From Bacteroidales bacterium (GTDB taxonomy: Bacteria > Bacteroidota > Bacteroidia > Bacteroidales > UBA1715), in the NCBI GenBank assembly GCA_036752345.1, contig DAIOSV010000001.1, positions 44,884 to 108,883 of the forward strand: a DNA stretch of 64,000 nt, written 5' to 3'. Made by a program: the position numbers and the translations under genes. Below the pieces are notes generated by a model. It was given only the letters and a program-made list of their open reading frames with translations. It did no database searches and was not told where the DNA came from. Positions 10,263-19,033 of the stretch are shown in pieces (position 1 is the stretch's first letter; the number at the start of each line of letters is the position of its first letter).

Positions 10263-10912
10263 TATTTAGTTAATAAAGGGTCTTCGCTGTCAACACCAGA
10301 GCAACCGGTAGCTTCACATGATTGTTCGGTGCGAATAATGGTGAAGGCTCCATTCATTGTGGTAATAGGACTAGTTTTGCTTGCATCGGGATAAATGCAT
10401 AGTCTAAAGTCATATTTCCCCGTTAAGTGTTTGCCTTTCACTGGTTGGCTTGTTGTATCAATATAGTAGCCGTTGAAAACATTCATTTGGTTGTCGTAAT
10501 TCTCAATCTTCGCAACTTCTTGTCCGTTTTTGAGAACGATGAACGTGTTGTATTTGCATTGTTCAATACCGATAATCTTGAGCACGTTGTTTTTGGTGTC
10601 ATTGTATTTTGCATCGGGATTTTCAAGACAAGGGCAAAGTTCGGGAGTTTCTTTGCGTTCAGCTTTGGTACATACCGTTTTTAAATAGGGGTAGTTAAAA
10701 GAAGGCTCCATATAGGTTTGGGTAACCGTGGAAAACACCATAGAATCGCAGGTAGAAAAATTTGCCGGAGTAAATACGTTAGGAACGGTTATGGTTATTT
10801 CTCCGTCAGACCATGTAGTAGCTTTGTTTGAACAAGTTACACAATCTTTGTCGCGGTTGCAAGCTGAAATCAATCCTACACAGAGTATTCCTAAAATAAG
10901 TGTTTTTTTCAT
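10262..10912 (-). CDS. Cys-rich lipoprotein with a T9SS type-B C-terminal-domain-like (CHU_C-like) sequence
   Basis: 216 aa with lipobox LISAC. VPNVFTPANF... then NNVLKIIGIEQCKYNTFIVLKNGQEVAKIENY...VFNGYY...LTGKYDFRL...GAFTIIR resembles the gliding-motility C-terminal sorting domain consensus (NAFTPNGDG.ND.F.I.G...L.IFNRWG..V...WDG...G.Y.Y...G.V.LIR). 12 Cys. ATGA overlap with the upstream M42 gene. Confidence 0.6.
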   Translation of the reverse strand: MKKTLILGILCVGLISACNRDKDCVTCSNKATTWSDGEITITVPNVFTPANFSTCDSMVFSTVTQTYMEPSFNYPYLKTVCTKAERKETPELCPCLENPDAKYNDTKNNVLKIIGIEQCKYNTFIVLKNGQEVAKIENYDNQMNVFNGYYIDTTSQPVKGKHLTGKYDFRLCIYPDASKTSPITTMNGAFTIIRTEQSCEATGCSGVDSEDPLLTK

Positions 10913-11940
10913 AATGTATTGATAGTTATGGTTATTTCTTGTAAAAGTGTAATGCTATTGTCCACATCTTTTTTGTGAACAGATTCAATTACTTGGTGTA
11001 AATGACGAGTAGGAATGGAAAGAGCTCCGGCAATAGCGCCGCCTGCTACCATTTTTTGCAACATACTGGTATCGGTTCCGCCACCTTGCATTATTTCTGC
11101 TTGATACGGAATGCGTTTTTTGGTAGCAACCTTTTTCATAAGCGAAACCAATGATGCGTTGCAAATAACGGAAGAGTCCATGATTTTTATGCCCGGACCG
11201 GCTCCAAGTTTTGTAATCTGTTCTTGCGGAGAACTACCCGGAACGTCATAAGCTATGGTTGTATCAAGCGCAATGGCAACGTCGGGTTGTATTTTTAGGG
11301 TAGCAACTTGTGCGCCACGCAAACCTACTTCTTCTTGTACGGTGAACGTAAAATAGGTGTTGAATGGCAAGGCTTTCTTTTTAAGATTCTTAATGACTTC
11401 AATTAAGATATATACGGCAATTCTATTGTCAAGCGATTTCCCGTTGACGCAGTCGCCCATTTCAATACATTCACGTTCGCGCGAAATAGGAGTGCCAATC
11501 TCGACAATCTTTTCTACTTCGGATTTTTCCATTCCCAAATCAATGAAGAAATCTTTTACGGTCACTTTTTTATCGCGTTCTTCAGGAGTCATTACGTGAA
11601 TTGGTTTTGCTCCCATAACGCCTACAATGTCTTTTTTACCGTGAACAATTACGCGTTGTGCGGTAAGTGTTTTTGGGTCAAATCCGCCAAGAGTGGTGAA
11701 TTTTAAGAACCCGTTATCATCAATGTGTGTAACAATAAAACCTATTTCGTCCATGTGGGCGGCAATCATAAGCGATTTTTTGCTTGTCCCTTTGCGAAAA
11801 GCAACAAGATTCCCCATATTATCGGTAGAAACAGAATCAACGTATGGCGTTATTTCTTCAATAATAGCTGTACGGATTTTGTCTTCAAACCCTGAAGGAC
11901 CGGCAACTTCGCTTAGTTTTTTGATAAGTTTAAAGTTCAT
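10909..11940 (-). CDS. M42 family metallo-aminopeptidase (FrvX/glutamyl aminopeptidase type)
   Basis: 343 aa. AAHMDEIGFIVTHIDDNGFLKF..LGG, TVQEEVGLRGA and the final GGGTD...IPTRHLH motifs are typical of M42 peptidases. Confidence 0.85.
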   Translation of the reverse strand: MNFKLIKKLSEVAGPSGFEDKIRTAIIEEITPYVDSVSTDNMGNLVAFRKGTSKKSLMIAAHMDEIGFIVTHIDDNGFLKFTTLGGFDPKTLTAQRVIVHGKKDIVGVMGAKPIHVMTPEERDKKVTVKDFFIDLGMEKSEVEKIVEIGTPISRERECIEMGDCVNGKSLDNRIAVYILIEVIKNLKKKALPFNTYFTFTVQEEVGLRGAQVATLKIQPDVAIALDTTIAYDVPGSSPQEQITKLGAGPGIKIMDSSVICNASLVSLMKKVATKKRIPYQAEIMQGGGTDTSMLQKMVAGGAIAGALSIPTRHLHQVIESVHKKDVDNSITLLQEITITINTL

Positions 11941-11944
11941 TGTG

Positions 11945-13174
11945 CTATGCGTTTAAAATATGTTTTAATTCTGTTTGAGCGAATTGTTTCTCGGCAAACG
12001 TTTTGTCTATGGTTAAGGTCTTCATTTTCTTTGAAGGAGCTTCAAACATTACGTTGAGCATAATTGCTTCGCAAATAGAGCGAAGACCGCGTGCACCGAG
12101 TTTAAATTCAATTGCTTTGTCTACAATATAATCAAACGTATCTTCGGTAAATTTGAGTGTAATGCCATCTATTTTGAACAATTCTATGTATTGTTTGATG
12201 AGAGAATTTTTCGGTTCGGTCAGAATTCTTCTGAGTGCATCACGGTCAAGCGGATTGAGGTGGGTGAGTACCGGCAAACGCCCGATGATTTCTGGAATTA
12301 AGCCAAAAGAACGGAGATCTTGCGGTGCGATATATTGCAAGAAATTGTTTTTGTCAATTGTCTTATTTTTTTCTTTCATTCCGTAGCCAACCGTGTGTGT
12401 ATTGAGACGACGAGCAATTATTTTTTGAATGCCTTCAAATGCACCGCCACAAATAAAGAGAATATTTTTTGTGTTTACCGGAATCATTTTTTGGTCGGGA
12501 TGTTTTCGGCCTCCTTGTGGTGGCACATTCACAACAGCGCCTTCCAAAAGTTTCAACAAACCTTGTTGCACACCTTCGCCTGAAACGTCACGCGTGATAG
12601 ATGGATTGTCGCCTTTGCGTGCTATTTTGTCAATTTCGTCAATAAATACAATACCTTGTTCTGCTTTTGCCACATCGTAGTCGGTTGCTTGAAGCAGGCG
12701 AACGAGCAAACTTTCAATATCCTCACCAACATATCCGGCTTCGGTTAAAACCGTCGCATCAACTATGGCAAATGGTACTTCAAGATATTTAGCAATGGTT
12801 TTTGCAAGCAACGTCTTGCCTGTACCGGTTTCTCCAACCATTATGATGTTTGATTTTTCTATATCAATATCATCGTTGGTGCTTGGATGTGAGATTCGTT
12901 TGTAATGATTATAAACCGCAACGGCTAACGATTTCTTTGCTTCATCTTGACCAATTACGTACTCGTCAAGGTGTTTTTTTATGTCAATAGGTTTTATGTT
13001 GCTAAAGTCTTTTATGGCCGCGGTTGTTGTATTACTGGCTGAAGGATTGATTTGGTCAAGAACATTTTTTGCTTGACTTATGCAATCGCTACAAATGAAC
13101 CCGGTTAATCCTTTTAGTAATACAGGAACTTCGCTTTCGTCGCGTCCGCAGAAAGAGCATTTGTCTTTTTTCAT
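11945..13174 (-). CDS. clpX: ATP-dependent Clp protease ATP-binding subunit ClpX
   Basis: 409 aa. N-terminal zinc ribbon (CSFCGR...CSDC), Walker [14 protein letters not shown], Walker B VFIDEIDK, and a GARGLRS sensor region. Confidence 0.95.
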   Translation of the reverse strand: MKKDKCSFCGRDESEVPVLLKGLTGFICSDCISQAKNVLDQINPSASNTTTAAIKDFSNIKPIDIKKHLDEYVIGQDEAKKSLAVAVYNHYKRISHPSTNDDIDIEKSNIIMVGETGTGKTLLAKTIAKYLEVPFAIVDATVLTEAGYVGEDIESLLVRLLQATDYDVAKAEQGIVFIDEIDKIARKGDNPSITRDVSGEGVQQGLLKLLEGAVVNVPPQGGRKHPDQKMIPVNTKNILFICGGAFEGIQKIIARRLNTHTVGYGMKEKNKTIDKNNFLQYIAPQDLRSFGLIPEIIGRLPVLTHLNPLDRDALRRILTEPKNSLIKQYIELFKIDGITLKFTEDTFDYIVDKAIEFKLGARGLRSICEAIMLNVMFEAPSKKMKTLTIDKTFAEKQFAQTELKHILNA

Positions 13175-13207
13175 GTTGATTATTTATTTATGCAAAAATA
13201 GTGTTTA

Positions 13208-13753
13208 CTATTTAATATTCGATTTTTTAGCCCAATGATTTTTTATCGAAACATGATAGTAAAGAATTGCCAAAAAAGGAATTTTATTTTGGTCTCCAAC
13301 AAGTCCGTAGGCACGGTGAGGAGGAATAAGTATATTGGCACTATCGCCTTTGTGCATAAGTAAAACAACTTCTTCGAGTCCGGCCTCAACGCCACCTTGT
13401 CCTACTTTGAATTTTTTCAATCCTAAGGAGTCAGAAGAATAGCACGGCGTTCCATTGAGCAACGAGCTTGAGTATGCAATTTGAATTACATCGCCGGTTT
13501 TTATTGGAGTAGTGTCGTTACTTGGCATTATTTTGTACCACACACCGCTTCCGGTTGGCTTCATATCAAGGTTATTCTTTTGTATGAATTGTTTGATTGT
13601 ATCTTGTTTGAGTTTTACAATCTCTTTGTTTACCTCAATGTTTTTTTCTTCAAATCGTTGAATGTCTTGTGTCGTAATAGGGCGTCTTTTTTGATCGTTA
13701 CAAGCAACCAAAACGCCTAAAATGAGCACTATGAAACCTATTTTTGATTTCAT
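13208..13753 (-). CDS. FKBP-type peptidyl-prolyl cis-trans isomerase, lipoprotein
   Basis: 181 aa with lipobox LVAC. FKBP core GDVIQIAY...LLNGTPCYSS...FKVGQGGVEAGLEEVVLLMHKGDSANILIPPHRAYG. ATGA overlap with the upstream lipoprotein gene. Confidence 0.85.
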   Translation of the reverse strand: MKSKIGFIVLILGVLVACNDQKRRPITTQDIQRFEEKNIEVNKEIVKLKQDTIKQFIQKNNLDMKPTGSGVWYKIMPSNDTTPIKTGDVIQIAYSSSLLNGTPCYSSDSLGLKKFKVGQGGVEAGLEEVVLLMHKGDSANILIPPHRAYGLVGDQNKIPFLAILYYHVSIKNHWAKKSNIK

Positions 13754-14121
13754 TTTGTAATGTATATTTTTTTTGAGGTTGTGGCAATCATATCGTTTTC
13801 ATCAGTTGCTTGAATTACGATGTTTTGTGTCTTAATTCTTCCGTTGAATGCCATATTCCACGAGATAGAAATGGAATCGGTAGCTGAAAATGTTGTGTCA
13901 AAAAACTCAGTTTTGTTTACAAACAATTGTGCTCGAGTAACCTTATATCCATTGCCAATGGCGGTAATTCCCAATGGTAAAATCGTTTCACTGGTAATGG
14001 TGTCGGGAATAGACGAGTAGTTGTTGAAGTATATATACGGTCCGTCTTTAATTTCCTTCGAACATGAAGCGAAACACAAGAAAGAAAATCCAAAGGCTAT
14101 GAGAATACTGAGTCTTTTCAT
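13750..14121 (-). CDS. Small lipoprotein, function unknown
   Basis: The track ORF is 131 aa starting at 14145. I prefer Met9 (ATG 14121-14119), which gives MKRLSILIAFGFSFLCFASC, a clean lipobox signal, and a TAATG overlap with the rfbD stop. No recognisable domain. Confidence 0.6.
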   Translation of the reverse strand: MKRLSILIAFGFSFLCFASCSKEIKDGPYIYFNNYSSIPDTITSETILPLGITAIGNGYKVTRAQLFVNKTEFFDTTFSATDSISISWNMAFNGRIKTQNIVIQATDENDMIATTSKKIYITK

Positions 14122-14990
14122 TATTCTTGAAGTTTTTTGATGCACAAAGCAAGGCTATCTTTCCAATAGGGAACCGCAACATTGTATGTGTCTTTTATTT
14201 TCTTTTTGTTTAAAACACTATAGAATGGGCGTTTTGCCGGACTTGGAAAATCTTTTGTATCTATTGGAAGAACCGAGCATTCGATGTGAGCAAGTGTATG
14301 AATTTCTTTTGTGAAATCGTACCAACTGCAAACACCTTCGTTTGTAAAGTGGTAAATGCCCGGAACAAACGATTTTGTTTTATTTTCAACGTGAGAAATA
14401 ATGGTTAGGATGGCTTTTGCTAGGTCTGCTGCATTGGTTGGAGAACCTATTTGGTCAAACACAACGTTAATTTCATCGCGTTCGGTTCCCAGTTTTATCA
14501 TTGTTTTTACAAAGTTATTGCCAAATGTAGAGTAGAGCCATGCGGTACGAATTATGATAAATTCGTCGCAATTCTTTTGTATCAATTGTTCTCCTTCTAA
14601 TTTCGTTCTTCCGTACGCTGTTTGTGGGCAAACTTTGTCTGTCTCTACGTATGGTTGATAGTGGGTTCCTTCAAACACGTAGTCGGTAGAAACATGAATA
14701 AATTTGCAGTGAAATGTTTTGCATATTTTTGCGATGTTTTCGGGAGCGAGCGCATTGATTTTGTGTGCGAGCTGTTCTTCTTCTTCCGCTTTGTTTACGT
14801 TGGTATATGCAGCACAATTTATTACATAATCAAAACTATTTTTGTGAAAGAGACTATCAATTGCATTGATGTCGGTAATGTCAAGTTCTGCGACGTCGGT
14901 AAAGGTGAACTCAAATGCAGATTGTTTTGCGAGTTCGCGAATCTCGTTACCGAGTTGTCCATTGCTTCCAGTTACAAGTATCTTTGCCAT
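14121..14990 (-). CDS. rfbD: dTDP-4-dehydrorhamnose reductase
   Basis: 289 aa. ILVTGSNGQLG Rossmann motif, YGRTKLEGE catalytic YxxxK, and position after rfbC. Confidence 0.9.
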   Translation of the reverse strand: MAKILVTGSNGQLGNEIRELAKQSAFEFTFTDVAELDITDINAIDSLFHKNSFDYVINCAAYTNVNKAEEEEQLAHKINALAPENIAKICKTFHCKFIHVSTDYVFEGTHYQPYVETDKVCPQTAYGRTKLEGEQLIQKNCDEFIIIRTAWLYSTFGNNFVKTMIKLGTERDEINVVFDQIGSPTNAADLAKAILTIISHVENKTKSFVPGIYHFTNEGVCSWYDFTKEIHTLAHIECSVLPIDTKDFPSPAKRPFYSVLNKKKIKDTYNVAVPYWKDSLALCIKKLQE

Positions 14991-14992
14991 TT

Positions 14993-15547
14993 TTAGAGTG
15001 TAAAAGGAGTTTTAAATTCGGAAAATGTAGTGTGTTTCAAGTCTTTTTCTGATACAACAGCTTCGTCAAGAGGAATACCCCAATCAATGTCAAGTTTTGG
15101 GTCATTGAACATAATGCCACATTCGGATTCGGGGTGATAATAGTCGGTACATTTGTACTGTACTATTGCGGTTTCACTCAATACTGAAAATCCATGAGCA
15201 AAGCCTTCTGGTATAAGAAGTTGTTTGCAATTGTCGTCGCTTAATTCAACACTCACATGTTGTCCGTAGGTAGGAGAGTTTTTTCTCACATCAACAGCTA
15301 CGTCAATGATTTTGCCGGCCAAAACGCGAACTAATTTGGTTTGGGTATATGGTGGGTTTTGAAAATGAAGCCCACGAATTACTCCATAGGTTGATTTTGA
15401 TTGATTGTCTTGCACAAAAGTGTATGTTATGCCAAAATTTTGGAGCGCAAGTTTATTATAACTTTCAAAAAAATACCCGCGCTGATCTTTGAATATTTTG
15501 GGTTCAATAACGAAAACACCGGTAAGGTTTGTTTTTGTAACTTCCAT
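14993..15547 (-). CDS. rfbC: dTDP-4-dehydrorhamnose 3,5-epimerase
   Basis: 184 aa. D.RG.F.E, RGLHFQ and GFAHGF cupin motifs of RmlC. Confidence 0.93.
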   Translation of the reverse strand: MEVTKTNLTGVFVIEPKIFKDQRGYFFESYNKLALQNFGITYTFVQDNQSKSTYGVIRGLHFQNPPYTQTKLVRVLAGKIIDVAVDVRKNSPTYGQHVSVELSDDNCKQLLIPEGFAHGFSVLSETAIVQYKCTDYYHPESECGIMFNDPKLDIDWGIPLDEAVVSEKDLKHTTFSEFKTPFTL

Positions 15548-16425
15548 TATTCTAAGATTTTTTGATTAGCAATTTTTATAAGATATTGTCCGTATTCGTT
15601 CTTTTTGAGCGGTTCGGCAAGGGTTAGCAATTGTTCTTTTGTGATATAGTTTTTTGAAAATGCTATTTCCTCAAGACAAGCAACCATAAGTCCTTGACGG
15701 TTTTCAATGGCAGAAACGTAGTTTGAAGCTTCCAACAAGCTATCGTGCGTGCCGGTATCAAGCCACGCAATTCCGCGTCCTAATAGTTGAACGTCAAGCG
15801 TGTGCTCTTGTAGGTATAATATATTCAAATCGGTAATTTCTAATTCTCCGCGAGGAGATGGTTTTAATGATTTTGCTTTTGCCACAACCGTATTATCATA
15901 GAAGTATAGTCCGGTAACAGCATAATGCGATTTTGGTTGTTTCGGCTTCTCTTCAAGAGAGATAGCTTTTTTATTTTCGTCGAATTCCACCACACCGTAA
16001 CGTTCAGGGTCATTTACAAAATACCCAAAAACGGTAGCTCCTTTTTTCGTTTGCGTTGCTTGTTCGAGTAGGTTGCTGAAATTGTGTCCGAAGAAAATAT
16101 TGTCACCTAAAATGAGGCAACATGAGTCGTTACCTATAAAATCTTCTCCAATAAGAAATGCTTGAGCCAATCCGTCGGGTGAAGGTTGAATGGCATATTG
16201 TAAATTAATTCCCCATTGACTACCATCGCCTAAAAGGTGTTTGAATGATGTTTGGTCGTCGGGTGTAGTAATGATAAGGATATCACGAATATTAGCAAGC
16301 ATAAGTACCGACAATGGGTAGTATATCATAGGCTTGTTGTATATCGGAACTATTTGTTTCGATATACCTTTGGTTATCGGATATAATCGAGTGCCTGAGC
16401 CTCCTGCTAAAATGATACCTTTCAT
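15547..16425 (-). CDS. rfbA: Glucose-1-phosphate thymidylyltransferase
   Basis: 292 aa. [26 protein letters not shown] and LGDNIF motifs of RmlA. TAATG overlap with rfbC. Confidence 0.95.
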   Translation of the reverse strand: MKGIILAGGSGTRLYPITKGISKQIVPIYNKPMIYYPLSVLMLANIRDILIITTPDDQTSFKHLLGDGSQWGINLQYAIQPSPDGLAQAFLIGEDFIGNDSCCLILGDNIFFGHNFSNLLEQATQTKKGATVFGYFVNDPERYGVVEFDENKKAISLEEKPKQPKSHYAVTGLYFYDNTVVAKAKSLKPSPRGELEITDLNILYLQEHTLDVQLLGRGIAWLDTGTHDSLLEASNYVSAIENRQGLMVACLEEIAFSKNYITKEQLLTLAEPLKKNEYGQYLIKIANQKILE

Positions 16426-16442
16426 CTTTTTATGTTAAAACG

Positions 16443-16484
16443 TTAAATATAAAAAGTTCGTATGTTGGGAACATACGAACTTTT
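16443..16484 (-). terminator. Intrinsic terminator after the tandem FKBP genes
   Basis: Perfect 15-bp stem AAAAGTTCGTATGTT / AACATACGAACTTTT with a GGG loop (16452-16484). On the minus strand it is followed by TTTTTATATTT. Confidence 0.8.
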
Positions 16485-16501
16485 ATGACTGTAAAAATAC
16501 A

Positions 16502-17251
16502 TTATTTTATTTGAGAAGCAGGATTTTGCTCTTCAGCTTTTGGTTGTACACCTTTAGTAACGTTGAGTAATTGAATTTCAAATATCAATGTTGAGTATGG
16601 TTGAATAGCTTGATTGCCACCTTCTCCGTATGCTAAATCATAAGGAATGTAAAGTTTTGCTTTTGTTCCTTGTTTTAGGAGTGGAAATGCTTCAATCCAA
16701 CCTTGAATAAGGTATCCCGGTTGTAATTGGAATTTTGCAGGATTGCTATCTACTGTGCTATCAAATACGGTTCCGTCTACAAGAGTACCTTTGTAACTTA
16801 CAGTAACTGTGTCATAAAGAGATGGTTTTGGTCCGTTTCCTTCTTGTATAATTTCATATTGAAGGCCACTCGCTGTTGTGATAACTCCTTTTCTCTCTTT
16901 GTTCTTGTTCAAGAAATTTTCTCCTGCTTCAATATTGGGTTTGAATTTAGCAAGATATTTATCTTCTAGCTGTTTGCTATAGCGTTGCATAAGTTGCATA
17001 TATTTTTCTTGGTCAAGAGCAAGTGGGTATGCTTGTTCGTCAGGGTTGAATGCCTTGAATCCTGCATTGAATGCTTCTGCATTTATAGAATCAATGCCTT
17101 TTTGAGCCCACATACCGGCACTTTGAAATCCAAGTATATAGCTTGCACTATCATCTAATGTTTTTAATTTAACTTCATCTTTGTGTTTACATGAAAATAA
17201 ACTTGCTGTGAGGCATACAATACCTGCTGTTTTAATAAGAAGAGAATTCAT
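16502..17251 (-). CDS. FKBP-type peptidyl-prolyl isomerase (FkpA/Mip-like, N-terminal dimerisation helix domain), lipoprotein
   Basis: 249 aa with lipobox LFSC. SGLQYEIIQEGNG..P...D.V.V.Y.G.L.DGTVFDS...F.L...I.GW.EA..L...G.K..LYIP..LAYG FKBP core. Confidence 0.88.
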   Translation of the reverse strand: MNSLLIKTAGIVCLTASLFSCKHKDEVKLKTLDDSASYILGFQSAGMWAQKGIDSINAEAFNAGFKAFNPDEQAYPLALDQEKYMQLMQRYSKQLEDKYLAKFKPNIEAGENFLNKNKERKGVITTASGLQYEIIQEGNGPKPSLYDTVTVSYKGTLVDGTVFDSTVDSNPAKFQLQPGYLIQGWIEAFPLLKQGTKAKLYIPYDLAYGEGGNQAIQPYSTLIFEIQLLNVTKGVQPKAEEQNPASQIK

Positions 17252-17264
17252 TTTTTATAAATAT

Positions 17265-18074
17265 TTATTGTTGATTAGTTTGTTGACCAGTTGGTTCTAT
17301 TTCGTTAAGACGATTAAATTCATTCAGTCTTTCAGCGTTGAGCCGTATTTTATTTACTATAACGTCAAATATAAGCGTTTCATATGGCTTTACTTTGTCC
17401 TTTTTGTAGACTTCTGAGCCATAGGCATATTCGTATGATGTGAAAATTCGTACACTTCCTCCTGTCTTAATTTTAGGTAATATTTCTTGGAAAGCCGGAA
17501 TAGCAGAGCCTAAATATATTTTGGTCATTGCAGAATAATCTTGGCTATTGTATATCAATTCATTCTTTATAGTATATACTTTGAATGAGATAAAGATAGT
17601 ATCAGTAACAAGAGGTGCAAGTTTTCCCCATCCCGGATCTATAATTTTATACTGCAAACCATTTTTCAACTCAATAATAGTACGATCTTTTTTATTCTCG
17701 TTTAAAAAGGCTTCTCCGGCTTTTTTGTTAGGAAAATTTTCTTGTTCGTATTGCTTTTGGTTTTCTGCCATTTGTTTGTTCATTTCCTCATTAAGAACTC
17801 GTGTGATTTCTTCTTCGGTCATTTGAAGATTGCCACTCGAATCGAAATAATCAATGATACCTTGCATAAAGTATTTAAAATCAACCGATTCAATATTATT
17901 GTCTTTTAAGTTTTGAGGAATTTTCTTGGCAAACGCTACGCCCAATCCGTATGACGTTGAGTCGTGGCGTGTAACAACTAAGGTCTCGTCTTTGTCAGGA
18001 GAACATGCTGTTATTGTCAAAATTAGCGTGGTAATTATGAAAAAGAGAGCTCGATATGTGTGAGAATTGTTCAC
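17265..18074 (-). CDS. FKBP-type peptidyl-prolyl isomerase paralogue (FkpA/Mip-like), lipoprotein
   Basis: 269 aa with a GTG start (no in-frame ATG nearby) and lipobox ITAC. NGLQYKIIDPGWG...ISFKVYT...GSAIPAFQEILPKIKTGGSVRIFTSYEYAYG FKBP core, more diverged than its neighbour. Confidence 0.8.
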   Translation of the reverse strand: MNNSHTYRALFFIITTLILTITACSPDKDETLVVTRHDSTSYGLGVAFAKKIPQNLKDNNIESVDFKYFMQGIIDYFDSSGNLQMTEEEITRVLNEEMNKQMAENQKQYEQENFPNKKAGEAFLNENKKDRTIIELKNGLQYKIIDPGWGKLAPLVTDTIFISFKVYTIKNELIYNSQDYSAMTKIYLGSAIPAFQEILPKIKTGGSVRIFTSYEYAYGSEVYKKDKVKPYETLIFDVIVNKIRLNAERLNEFNRLNEIEPTGQQTNQQ

Positions 18075-18090
18075 CTATTTTGTATTTCTG

Positions 18091-18098
18091 CAAATATA
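18091..18098 (-). promoter_or_regulatory. Candidate Bacteroidota -7 promoter box for the FKBP pair
   Basis: The minus strand reads TATATTTG (matches TAnnTTTG) 16 nt upstream of the GTG start at 18074. Confidence 0.4.
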
Positions 18099-18146
18099 CG
18101 TTTTTTACAAGAATCGCTTGATTTAAAAGAGTATTTTTTTGTCCAG

Positions 18147-18821
18147 TTATCCAATAACAAATAGTGGGTCTCCTTCCATAACCGCTTGGCCTTCTTTTAC
18201 AACTATAGATTGAAGCGTGCCCGATGTTTCTGCTACAACATTGTTTACCATTTTCATGGAATCCATCGTAAGCACAACATCGCCCGCCTTAACTGTCGAA
18301 CCTTCGGGAATTAAAATTTGCACGATAGTTCCCGGAAGTGGAGCTGTTGTTGCAGAATCTGTAGATACGGCTTTTGCTTTTGGCTTTGCAGGAGAATTAC
18401 TGCAATTCTTAAGTTCTATGCACGAATCACCCGCAGGAAGGTTTTGTCCAATAGCAACGTTCATTTTCCCAATAACGCCATCTTTGTCGGCCGTAATGTT
18501 GCATACTTTTCCGTTTGATTCCATTGTGAAAAGCACATCATCTTTCTTTACCAACTGTCCACTGTTTACATATACTTTGAGTATAGAAAGCGGTTGGCCT
18601 TCGGTGCTTTCTACATTGCAAATAGGTCTTGATTCTACAACAGAATGTGTAGTAGGAGCAGGTGTTGGCATTGGTGCTGGTTTTACCACAACCGGTTCCG
18701 GGCGTTCAATTTTTATGGTAAGATTTTTCCCATTCACAGCAACTTCTGCTATGTTATTCTTGAGCTTATTGATGATAACTTCGTAGGGCTTGTCTTGTAT
18801 GGTAAATGAAAATTTGTTCAT
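18147..18821 (-). CDS. Biotin carboxyl carrier protein with two biotinyl/lipoyl-like domains (only the C-terminal one has the MKM site)
   Basis: 224 aa. The N-terminal small domain (FTIQDKPYEVIINKL..VAVNGK) is followed by a Pro/Ala linker. Domain 1 (VKKDDVLFTMESNGKVCNITADKDGVIGKMNV) lacks M-K-M. After a second Ala/Pro/Lys linker comes a canonical domain (VKAGDVVLTMDSMKMVNNVVAETSGTL). Confidence 0.85.
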   Translation of the reverse strand: MNKFSFTIQDKPYEVIINKLKNNIAEVAVNGKNLTIKIERPEPVVVKPAPMPTPAPTTHSVVESRPICNVESTEGQPLSILKVYVNSGQLVKKDDVLFTMESNGKVCNITADKDGVIGKMNVAIGQNLPAGDSCIELKNCSNSPAKPKAKAVSTDSATTAPLPGTIVQILIPEGSTVKAGDVVLTMDSMKMVNNVVAETSGTLQSIVVKEGQAVMEGDPLFVIG

Positions 18822-18824
18822 GTG

Positions 18825-19022
18825 TTACTTTTTTAATTGGTTGATACCAAATATTTTAGAATTCCAATCTGATGAAGGTGAATGTGTTATGGTTAAAACA
18901 CGCTCATCGCATCCTCCTCTGTAGTACAGATTCAAAGCGGTGGTAATAGCCAACAATTCTTCTTTAGTTGCATCACCGTTAAGAATTTTCAATGTTATTT
19001 TTTGTGCGTTTTTGTCTTCCAT
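18825..19022 (-). CDS. Small soluble subunit resembling the acyl-CoA carboxylase epsilon subunit
   Basis: 65 aa with no TM helix. LNGDATKEELLAITTALNLYY matches the G-(N/D)-P/A-T-x-E-E-L-A-A-I motif of ACC-epsilon-type subunits. It sits between the carboxyltransferase and BCCP genes with 11-nt and 3-nt gaps. Confidence 0.45.
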   Translation of the reverse strand: MEDKNAQKITLKILNGDATKEELLAITTALNLYYRGGCDERVLTITHSPSSDWNSKIFGINQLKK

Positions 19023-19033
19023 GGCAAATCCTA

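Noticed and set aside
18217-18786. 189-aa + strand ORF antisense to the BCCP gene
   Set aside because: It mirrors the Ala/Pro/Gly-rich linkers of BCCP on the opposite strand. It has no start context and no motif, whereas the BCCP frame has the MKM biotinylation site.
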